64,000 bases of DNA. It comes from Vicinamibacterales bacterium (lineage in GTDB: Bacteria > Acidobacteriota > Vicinamibacteria > Vicinamibacterales > CAVVIG01). The DNA lies in assembly GCA_050183995.1 (NCBI GenBank), contig JBFXAT010000017.1:3167-67166 (forward strand), in the 5' to 3' direction. Of this stretch, positions 8,977 to 16,923 are shown piece by piece. The translations under genes were made by a program, and so were the position numbers. Every line of letters begins with the position of its first letter. Within the stretch, counting starts at the first letter, position 1. Below the pieces are notes generated by a model. The model had not been told where the DNA came from and searched no databases. It worked only from the letters and a program-made list of their open reading frames with translations.

Positions 8977-10020
8977 ATGTCGATTCGCCGAGTGGTGGTC
9001 TGTGAGGCCCAGGTTCCGTTCATTCGAGGCGGAGCGGAGTACCAGGTGAGAAGTCTCATCTCGGCGCTTCGCGATCGCGGCGTCGAGACGGAGCTCGTTG
9101 CCGTGCCGTTCAAGTGGTACCCGGCCGAGGAGCTGCTGGCGCACGCGGCGGCCTGGCGCCTCCTGGATCTGACCGAGAGCAACGGGCAGGTGATCGATCG
9201 TGTCATCGCGACGAAGTTCCCGACCTATTTCGTTCGGCATCCGAACAAGGTTGCGTGGCTGATGCATCAGTACCGCGCGGCCTACGAACTGTGCGGCACG
9301 CCGTACAGCGAGTTCACGCACAGCGAGGAGCACGTCGGCGTGCGGGACACGCTGGTCCGGCTCGATCGCGAGATCCTCGGCGAGTGCCGGCACGTGTACA
9401 CGAACGCACAGAACACCGCAAATCGCCTGAAGAAGTACAACGCCGTCGAGGCCACGGCGCTCTATCCACCGTCGCCGTACACGGGACGGCTCCAAGCGGG
9501 GCCGTATGGCAATTACGTGCTGGCGGTCGGACGGGTCGAGACCATCAAGCGCCCGGACCTGCCTGTGCGCGCGATGGCGCACGTCGATCCGGGACTGCGG
9601 CTGGTCGTCGCCGGAACCGGCAGCGCACTGGCGGACACACGCCAACTCGCCGCCTCGCTTGGCGTCGCGGATCGCGTGGACTTCCTCGGTGCCGTCGGCG
9701 AGGAAGAGCTGTTGCGGCTCTATAGTGAAGCCATGGCCGTGTTGTACACACCATTCGACGAAGACTTCGGCTACGTCACCGTTGAGGCCTTCCTGTCGCG
9801 CAAGCCGGTCGTCACCGTTTCGGACGCCGGCGGGCCGCTCGAGTTCGTCGTCGATGGTGTCAACGGCTGCGTCTGCGAGCCCGACCCCGAAGCGCTGGCC
9901 TCCGCCGTGAACGATCTCGCCGCGAACCGCTCGCGCCTCGCCGGCCTTGGCGCGGACGGCTTCGAGCGTGTTCGCGGCATCACCTGGGACTCCGTCGTCG
10001 ACGCGCTGCTACTCGCATGA
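8977..10020 (+). CDS. GT4-family glycosyltransferase
   Basis: C-terminal part of ORF 8782..10020, with start at ATG 8977 (MSIRRVVVCEAQVPFIRGGAEYQV). C-terminal motif LYTPFDEDFGYVTVEAFLSRKPVVTVSDAGGPLEFV. Its stop overlaps the next start (ATGA at 10017). Confidence 0.8.
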   Translation: MSIRRVVVCEAQVPFIRGGAEYQVRSLISALRDRGVETELVAVPFKWYPAEELLAHAAAWRLLDLTESNGQVIDRVIATKFPTYFVRHPNKVAWLMHQYRAAYELCGTPYSEFTHSEEHVGVRDTLVRLDREILGECRHVYTNAQNTANRLKKYNAVEATALYPPSPYTGRLQAGPYGNYVLAVGRVETIKRPDLPVRAMAHVDPGLRLVVAGTGSALADTRQLAASLGVADRVDFLGAVGEEELLRLYSEAMAVLYTPFDEDFGYVTVEAFLSRKPVVTVSDAGGPLEFVVDGVNGCVCEPDPEALASAVNDLAANRSRLAGLGADGFERVRGITWDSVVDALLLA

Positions 10021-11045
10021 GACAGACGAAGCTCATCATCCAGATTCCGTGCCTCGACGAGGCGAACACGCTGCCGGCGACGCTCGCCGATCTGCCGCGA
10101 AGCATCCCCGGGATCGATACGGTCGAGGTGCTGGTCATCGACGACGGGTCGACGGATCGAACCGTGGAAGTCGCCAAGGAGTCCGGGGTCCACCACGTCG
10201 TCTCGTTTCGCCGCCGCCGGGGTCTCGCGGCCGCATTCATGGCGGGCATCGACGCGTGCCTGCGGCTCGGCGCGGACTACATCGTCAATACCGATGGCGA
10301 CAACCAGTACTGCGGCGATGACGTGGCCGCGCTCGTCGCGCCGCTCGTGCGCGGAGAAGCCGACATCGTGATCGGCGACCGAAACGTGCGGGCGCTCAAC
10401 TACATGTCGCCGACGCGCAAGTTCCTGCAGCAGATGGGGAGCTGGGTGGTGCGGCAGGTCTCCGGCACGAACGTGCCCGACACGACGAGCGGGTTCCGCG
10501 CCTACACGCGCGAGGCCGCGCTGCGCATGACGGTCGTGTCCGATTTCTCGTACACGCTGGAGTCGATCATCCAGGCCGGGAAGCAGCGGATGGCGATCGC
10601 GCACGTGCCGATTCGGACGAACCACCGCATGCGCCCGTCCAGGCTCTTCAAGAGCGTGCGCCAGTATCTCGTGCAGTCGGGCTCGACGATCATCCGCATC
10701 TACACGATGTACGAGCCGCTCAAGGTCTTCACCGCCATCGGTGCGTTGGCGGTGTTGGCAGGGCTTGCGACGTCGGCTCGGTTTCTCTATTACTACTTTA
10801 CCGACGGCGGAGGCGGGCACATCCAGTCGCTGCTGTTGGCGGCGGTCTTCCTGATCGTCGGCGTGCAGGTCATGCTGATGGGACTCCTCGCGGACGTGAT
10901 GTCGGCGAATCGCAAGCTCGTCGAGGAGCTCCTGTATCGCGCGCGCTCGGCTCCGGAGCGGAAGCCGCCTGAATTGCGCGATGCGATGGGGGCTGCTGTC
11001 TCCTGGTCGCGGGCCGACGAGCCGCAGACGACACGGACACGGTGA
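10017..11045 (+). CDS. GT2 polyprenyl-phosphate sugar synthase (GtrB/DPM1/ArnC-like)
   Basis: IIQIPCLDEANTLPATL...VLVIDDGSTDRT...NTDGDNQY (DxD region)...TSGFRAY, followed by two C-terminal TM helices (VFTAIGALAVLAGLA..., LLLAAVFLIVGVQVMLMGLLADV). This is the typical architecture of this subfamily. Confidence 0.8.
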   Translation: MRQTKLIIQIPCLDEANTLPATLADLPRSIPGIDTVEVLVIDDGSTDRTVEVAKESGVHHVVSFRRRRGLAAAFMAGIDACLRLGADYIVNTDGDNQYCGDDVAALVAPLVRGEADIVIGDRNVRALNYMSPTRKFLQQMGSWVVRQVSGTNVPDTTSGFRAYTREAALRMTVVSDFSYTLESIIQAGKQRMAIAHVPIRTNHRMRPSRLFKSVRQYLVQSGSTIIRIYTMYEPLKVFTAIGALAVLAGLATSARFLYYYFTDGGGGHIQSLLLAAVFLIVGVQVMLMGLLADVMSANRKLVEELLYRARSAPERKPPELRDAMGAAVSWSRADEPQTTRTR

Positions 11046-11141
11046 CGCCCCGTGCGAGGCGCCTCCCTCGTGTCCAGCTCCGTCGCGTTCAACCCTGCCT
11101 GAAGCTCCGGTGATCCCGCAGGCCTTCACGCCAGTGGACCA

Positions 11142-13805
11142 TCACGGCCGGACGTAGGCCTGGTAGCGGCCGTAGGTCGCGACCGGCTCGAGCGCGAACG
11201 CCGGCCCGAAGAGTCTGTCGAAGACGTTGCGGCTGCCGCCCGCCAACGCGTCGGTCCTGACGATGACCACATCGCATCCGCCCGGTTGGGGCACGCGGTT
11301 GATCCCTCCGCGCGGCGCGACCGATAGGTCGACGACGGTGTTCCGGAAGGCGACGTCCTGCAGGTCCAGCGGGCGATCGAAGCGGCTCGCCAAGAAGAAT
11401 CGAGTGTGGTCGCACTGGAGCTGCTTGGCGCGCTGGTAGGCGGCAGTTGCCAGATAGAGCCCCCGATGCTCCCACGCTGCCGGCATGCCCAGGGCGAGGC
11501 AGGACGATTCGGCAGTGGTCAGGCGGAGCGCCGCCGCCTCCGCGTTCGCGGAATCCTTTCCTTCATGCCACGCCACGGCGGCAACGAACGCGAGCGCGCC
11601 GAACGCGACCGCTGGCCAGTGCGGGAACGCGGCCAGACGGGCGGCCTGCCGATACGCGACCAAGACGAGCGCGGCGGCTGCGACCCAGAACAGGAGCGTG
11701 GGGTCGACGACCAGGAGCCATGCCGTCGAGGGCAGGTTCAGAGTCGAAGAATGCCCGGCGGCGTGCCAAACGGCACCGCCAACGATCACCGCCCAGCCAA
11801 CCGGCAGTCCGATTCGGCTGCGGTCCCACGGGAGACCGTCCATGAAGAGGCAGCTGAAGGCAGCGAGGAGGAACAGGAAGTAGAACGGAAGCAGGTAACG
11901 TACCGACAGGTTCCTGGTCCAGTCGAGGCTGGTCCATGGGAGTCCGGCGACCACATACGCGTGCAGCAGGAACGCCAGGACCACTCCGACGATGAACAGC
12001 AGCTTCCGACGGGCGGTGCTCGAAAGCGTGCCTGTACGAGCGAGTTGAGCGGCCGCGTCGGCTCCAACGACGAGTAGGGCAGTGGGCAGCCAGACGATCC
12101 AGGCCCCGAACATCTGGACGATTGCCTCTTGCGCCCGTGCGATGAGGGGGTAATCGGCATGACCCTTCAGATCGCCGACGACCGAGAGGTACTCGCGGAC
12201 GCTGCTGGCGGCCGGTCCTGCAAAGATCTGTAGGCCGAGGACTGAGAAGCCGAAGGGCGCCAGCGGCGACCCGAATGCCCACCAGTTGCGCAGCAGCCAT
12301 ACGCCGCCGGCAGCCACGGCCGCGCCGCACGCCAGCAGGACGGGTGCGAGACGCAGCCCCATACTGCGGCCCTGCATGCGGGCGATCGACGCAGCGGCGA
12401 TCAGCGCCGGCAGGCCGATCGCGGCGAGCGACAAGCCTCCTGTCGACTTCGTGCCGAGCAGCCATCCGGCCGCGAGCCCCATTGCCACGACGGTGCGCGG
12501 GGTGAACGAGCCATCGCGCCAGAGTCGGAGTGCTGCGGCTGTCACGGCGAGCGTCGCCGCCGCGTACGACAGGTCCGCCGACATCAACAGGCTGAGGCGC
12601 GGCAGGAATCCGGAAAATGCCACGAGCATCAGCCACGGCACCCACGAGAGTCCCGAACGCCCGCAGATGATCCTGAAGATCAGACCGGAGGATGTCACGA
12701 GCAGGACGAGCGCGGGCAGCGTCGCGAGATCCACGAGCAGCGGGCCGCTGAAGGGCAACATGAACCATGCGGCCCAGACGCTGGTGCTCATCGGGTAGAG
12801 GTGCGGCGTCGCCAAGGCCGCCGTTGGACGTATGCCCCGAAGGAAGTTCACCGCGTGCGGCAGGTGATAGTGTGCGGCGTCGGTGCCGGCGACGTCCGCC
12901 GTGGCAGACGCCTGCCAGATCCACTGAAGCAGCAACGCCAGCGCGAGCGATGCTCCGACGACATCTGCAAGGGAGATGCGTCGTTCTGGTGAGGGTGCCG
13001 GCATCGGCTCCTCCGGACTGTTCCCGGCTCGACCGGTCAGCCGGACCCAGGCGACGGCGGCGACGTACGTGGCGATGAGGCCGGCCGCGACGCCTCCCAG
13101 ACTCAGGCCGACGCTGAAGACGAGCACGTGCAGCACGACGAACAGATGTCCGAGGCCGAAGAGCGTCACGTCGAACGCGTCATCGTCCCACGACGGCATC
13201 CTCGTACCTGTGCGTCGAAGCAGCCATGCAGCGGCCACGAGAATCGGGGTCAGCGTCAGAACCCAGAACGCGGCGATGACGAGGCTTCGGCCGAGGGTTG
13301 GTTTCGGCGCGGAACGGTAGCCGACCTCGACCGTCGCCGGCGCGGCAACGACGCCGTTGCGATGCGAGAACCAGAAGCGTTCCTCGTAGACCGCATCCCA
13401 GTGCAATTCGTAGCGCCCGGGTCGGTCCGGTGCGACGACCGTCGCGCAGATCGACAGGGTCTGGCCCGGAGCGAGGCCGCTCGGCAATCGCGTGCGCAGC
13501 CCTTCGAAGACGGCGATCGCGCCCTGTGCATCGACCCAGTGGTACGAGATGCCGATAGGCTCGGCGCGCGTCCACGGCTCCGTGCCGCCGTTCCGGACCG
13601 TGAGCGCGACGAGCGCCCGTTCGGACAAGGAGAGGGCCGGCGGCAGGCGGTGATCGAGCACGTCGAGCTCGTAGGCCGGCTGTTCCGGCGGCTGCGCAGC
13701 GGTCGACGAGGCCGCGAGGAGCAGCACGACGAGGCCGATGGCGAGCTGCCGCAGGAACGTGAAGGCAGGGCCCCGCGGCTCGACGCGATGCGGCAGCCTG
13801 GACAT
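11142..13805 (-). CDS. 888-aa fusion: signal anchor + Ig-like (NBR1-type-like) extracytoplasmic domain + large polytopic GT-C-like domain + C-terminal soluble domain
   Basis: Part of ORF 11142..14153, with start set at ATG 13805 (MSRLPHRVEPRG...LAIGLVVLLLAASS). N-domain motifs: LVALTVRNGGTEPW, ISYHW, LAPGQTLSICATVVAPDRPGRYELHWDAVYEERFWF. More than 12 hydrophobic helices follow, then a tail of about 130 aa. Confidence 0.6.
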   Translation of the reverse strand: MSRLPHRVEPRGPAFTFLRQLAIGLVVLLLAASSTAAQPPEQPAYELDVLDHRLPPALSLSERALVALTVRNGGTEPWTRAEPIGISYHWVDAQGAIAVFEGLRTRLPSGLAPGQTLSICATVVAPDRPGRYELHWDAVYEERFWFSHRNGVVAAPATVEVGYRSAPKPTLGRSLVIAAFWVLTLTPILVAAAWLLRRTGTRMPSWDDDAFDVTLFGLGHLFVVLHVLVFSVGLSLGGVAAGLIATYVAAVAWVRLTGRAGNSPEEPMPAPSPERRISLADVVGASLALALLLQWIWQASATADVAGTDAAHYHLPHAVNFLRGIRPTAALATPHLYPMSTSVWAAWFMLPFSGPLLVDLATLPALVLLVTSSGLIFRIICGRSGLSWVPWLMLVAFSGFLPRLSLLMSADLSYAAATLAVTAAALRLWRDGSFTPRTVVAMGLAAGWLLGTKSTGGLSLAAIGLPALIAAASIARMQGRSMGLRLAPVLLACGAAVAAGGVWLLRNWWAFGSPLAPFGFSVLGLQIFAGPAASSVREYLSVVGDLKGHADYPLIARAQEAIVQMFGAWIVWLPTALLVVGADAAAQLARTGTLSSTARRKLLFIVGVVLAFLLHAYVVAGLPWTSLDWTRNLSVRYLLPFYFLFLLAAFSCLFMDGLPWDRSRIGLPVGWAVIVGGAVWHAAGHSSTLNLPSTAWLLVVDPTLLFWVAAAALVLVAYRQAARLAAFPHWPAVAFGALAFVAAVAWHEGKDSANAEAAALRLTTAESSCLALGMPAAWEHRGLYLATAAYQRAKQLQCDHTRFFLASRFDRPLDLQDVAFRNTVVDLSVAPRGGINRVPQPGGCDVVIVRTDALAGGSRNVFDRLFGPAFALEPVATYGRYQAYVRP

Positions 13806-13818
13806 GCGACGTCGCTCG

Positions 13819-15336
13819 TCAGCCGTCGAGCCGGCAGATCCGAATCTCTGGTCCCAGGATTCGGCCGTGCGGCTTGAACGGAGGCAGGCAGACACTGGGC
13901 TCGTCGAACAGGGCACGATACCGCGCCTGTTTGGACGCGTTGCCGGCGCCGCCGTCGAGCACTCGCCCGTAGGCGTCCGATGTTCCGACGACGTAGCGCA
14001 CACCTGCGGCGAGATACTGCTCGGGCGTGCGCTCGGCGAGACTCTGGACGGGGAGCGTGCGGTAGTCGCGTTCAGGGAGCCACATGACGCCGTGTTCGAC
14101 AGCGACGGTCGTCCCCGGCGGAACGAACGCCCGGAGCGCCTGGTAGGCGACATCCTGCGTGGTGCGCGCGCCTTGACGGTGTACCCAGGTGACCGAGGTC
14201 GTCCCCAGCTTCAGCGTGGCGATGCCCCAGAGACAAGCCACTACGGCGATGCGAGTCCAACGAGGACGCCACGACGCGCGGGAGATCGCGGTCGTCAGGT
14301 CGGTGAGCAGCGCCGCGAGAGCGATGGCCACGTTGGGGAGGATTGGAAGCAGATACCGCGCGTAGATCAAGTGCTTCGTCGCGATCACGTAAAGATAGAC
14401 GAGCGGAAACGCCGCCAGCAGGAGAGGCTTGGCGCGGCTTTGCCCGCGGACACGGCGGACCAGCCTCCACAGCAATCCCGTCGCGACGAGCGCGACCGCC
14501 GGCCAGCCGATGCTCCCAGCCATGTGTCCGGCGTAGATGCCGAGACCGTTTGCAAGCGGGCGTGGACGGTAGGACTGCGACAGGAACGCGAATCCGTCGA
14601 GGAATCCCGGCAGGTCGAGAATCGTGTACGGAGCCGCGACCAGGTACGCGGCCGCCGCGCCCGCAACGGTCGCCGCGGCACGTGTCCAGAACGCCGAAAC
14701 TGGCGCGGCCAGCGCTGCGCTGATGAGCGGCATGACCAGGCTGATCGCGCCGTTGTATTTCACCGCGGCGGCGAGACCGGCCAACATGCCGGCGAGGGCG
14801 AACTGTCTGGGGCGCGGGTCCTCGGTCGTGCGGAGCGACGCGACAAGGACCGCCGCGACCAGCGCCGTCAGCGGAACGTCGGTCAGCGCGAAGTGGGACT
14901 CGCGGACGTGATTGCCCCAGAACGCCAGGAGCGCAGCGGCCGTGATGGCGGTCCACACGCCCCAACGCAGTCCGGCGCGGTAGGTCAGATAGACGGTGAA
15001 CGTCCCGAGCGCCGCGTTGAGCGCCCGGGTCCACGGGTAGACGTCGTGAGGCGTGAACGCGGAAAGCCGCTGCCATTCGCCTGACATCGCGCCGCTGAGG
15101 AACCGGGCCGCGGCCACCGCCGCCTGGAGGTAGATGTAGAGGCTGGGATAGTCATAGAAGTGCGGATTGAAATCGCCGCTGCGGAGGATCTGCAGCGCGT
15201 GTTCGACGATGACCGGCTCGTCGGCGCCCACCCGATGGGGATATCCCGCCGTCAAATTGCAGAATCGCAAGGAGGCAGCCGCGACGATCACGACCGCAAG
15301 CGTCAGACGCGTGTGCCAGGCCTTGGTGGCGGTCAT
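13819..15336 (-). CDS. GT39/PMT_2-family (ArnT-like) membrane glycosyltransferase
   Basis: LAVVIVAAASLRFCNLTAGYPHRVGADEPVIVEHAL (DE loop motif)...DFNPHFYDYPSLYIYLQAAV, plus multiple TM helices. This N-terminal pattern is typical of PMT_2 proteins. Confidence 0.8.
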   Translation of the reverse strand: MTATKAWHTRLTLAVVIVAAASLRFCNLTAGYPHRVGADEPVIVEHALQILRSGDFNPHFYDYPSLYIYLQAAVAAARFLSGAMSGEWQRLSAFTPHDVYPWTRALNAALGTFTVYLTYRAGLRWGVWTAITAAALLAFWGNHVRESHFALTDVPLTALVAAVLVASLRTTEDPRPRQFALAGMLAGLAAAVKYNGAISLVMPLISAALAAPVSAFWTRAAATVAGAAAAYLVAAPYTILDLPGFLDGFAFLSQSYRPRPLANGLGIYAGHMAGSIGWPAVALVATGLLWRLVRRVRGQSRAKPLLLAAFPLVYLYVIATKHLIYARYLLPILPNVAIALAALLTDLTTAISRASWRPRWTRIAVVACLWGIATLKLGTTSVTWVHRQGARTTQDVAYQALRAFVPPGTTVAVEHGVMWLPERDYRTLPVQSLAERTPEQYLAAGVRYVVGTSDAYGRVLDGGAGNASKQARYRALFDEPSVCLPPFKPHGRILGPEIRICRLDG

Positions 15337-15351
15337 ATGTGTGCAGTGCGC

Positions 15352-16872
15352 CTAGGCACGCCTCGCGACGATGGCATAGTCGAGATAGGTGAACAACAGG
15401 CTGTTCAGCTTCTCGACGTTCTCGTTGAATATCGCGGCGCTCTCCGCCCCCTGTGCACTTGCGCCGACCGGGATGGGCTGCAGCTTCGACGCTTCGGGAA
15501 ACGGAGCGCTGAACCGGACCTCGACGTCCTGGAATCCGCTGGCGAGCACGAGATACCGGAGCGTGTCCGGATGCAGGGGCCGCACGTGCGTGATGTCGCG
15601 GATGTAGCTCGAGAAAAAGGCGAACCAGCACGCCGCATTGATCGTCTCGAGCACGATCGGGGCACCGGGCCGCAGCTTGTGGGAGGCCGCGTCGAGCAGC
15701 CGCAGGAGGTAGTCGGGCTCGAGGTGTTCGACGATCTGCGCGCCGAAGAGGCCGCCGAGCGACTCGTCGGGCTGCGCCAGCAGGTACCCCAGTGCGTCGC
15801 CGGTCGACGCCTGCAGTCCCCGATCGCGGCAGGTGCCGACCATCTCCTCGTTCGTGTCGACGCCTTTGGCTGTGATGCCTGCTTCGCGGAGCAGGTCGAG
15901 GAACTCGCCTCGACCGCAGCCGATGTCGAGGACGTCGCTCGCTCCCTCGAAGATCGCGACGTACGCCGACAGCCCCGCGCGAATTTCCGCCTGCGCGCCG
16001 CGGAACTGATCTTCGAAGCCCACGTACTTGTAGGAGTCCAGAGCTGTGCCGGCTGAGGGCGCCGGAAGCGCTGACGCGGGTGGTGGGCCGGGGGCTTGGT
16101 GCGCGGTACGCGGCGCGTCCGGTGAGGGCAAAGGCGTCTCGCCTGGCTCGCCCGGCGCCGAAACCGTTCGCGATTCGCCGGGCGCCGAGAGCGCACGCGA
16201 TTCGAGCTCGCGTTTGAGCGTCAGGATCGCACGGTGCGCGACGCCAAGGGTGCTTCGCACCTCGTCGACTTCGGACTGGAAGCGGCGGTCGCGTGCCAGC
16301 ATCGCTTCCCACGGCGACTGCATGGCGGCGATGGCCGCGTGCGTGGCCGATGCGAGCATGTACGGCACCGCCGCCACGTCGCGATCCTTGGTGTCGACGT
16401 AGGCGGTGATCGTCTGCGCGTATTGGACCAGCGTGGACTCGAAGTCCACGAGGCGCTCGAACTCTTCGCGGCAGATGGTGGCGGTGCGCGCCAGCGTCTC
16501 GGCGACCTGGCGCTGTGCGGCGGCCTCCCGGTTCAGGTGATCGACCAACGTGGCGTTGAAATCCTGCTGGGCCTGGAAGCTCGGGCCGAGCCACGCCCAC
16601 AGTCGCCGCTTGAGCCAGCCCAGCGCGCCGCTCGTGGGCGGCTCGGGCAGTACGCGCCAGCGGTTGTTGAGTTGTGAGAGCCGTGTCTCGTCTGGTTGCG
16701 AAGCGGGCGCCGGGAACTCCCGGCGCTGCTGAATCGCGCGGTCGAGCGCCGTCAGGGCGTCGTTGTAGGCGCGATCCGCATGCTCCCGTTCGTGCCGCAG
16801 GGCCGTCGGCTCATCGGCGGTTTCGACCGCTGGGGTTCGAGGCGGCGTGTTCATGGCGTCTGAAGTCGACAC
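15352..16872 (-). CDS. class I SAM-dependent methyltransferase with a long N-terminal helical/coiled-coil region and a Pro-rich linker
   Basis: C-terminal motif I VLDIGCGRGEFLDLL and post-I GVDTNEEMV. N-terminal region of about 240 aa is helical (DRAYNDALTALDRAIQQR..., QRQVAETLARTATICREEFERLVDFES...). Linker: SAPGESRTVSAPGEPGETPLPSPDAP. Confidence 0.8.
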   Translation of the reverse strand: MSTSDAMNTPPRTPAVETADEPTALRHEREHADRAYNDALTALDRAIQQRREFPAPASQPDETRLSQLNNRWRVLPEPPTSGALGWLKRRLWAWLGPSFQAQQDFNATLVDHLNREAAAQRQVAETLARTATICREEFERLVDFESTLVQYAQTITAYVDTKDRDVAAVPYMLASATHAAIAAMQSPWEAMLARDRRFQSEVDEVRSTLGVAHRAILTLKRELESRALSAPGESRTVSAPGEPGETPLPSPDAPRTAHQAPGPPPASALPAPSAGTALDSYKYVGFEDQFRGAQAEIRAGLSAYVAIFEGASDVLDIGCGRGEFLDLLREAGITAKGVDTNEEMVGTCRDRGLQASTGDALGYLLAQPDESLGGLFGAQIVEHLEPDYLLRLLDAASHKLRPGAPIVLETINAACWFAFFSSYIRDITHVRPLHPDTLRYLVLASGFQDVEVRFSAPFPEASKLQPIPVGASAQGAESAAIFNENVEKLNSLLFTYLDYAIVARRA

Positions 16873-16923
16873 AGTGAATCTCCGGTTCCAACGCGTTCGG
16901 GAACGGCCGGTCGCGAGGCCGCG

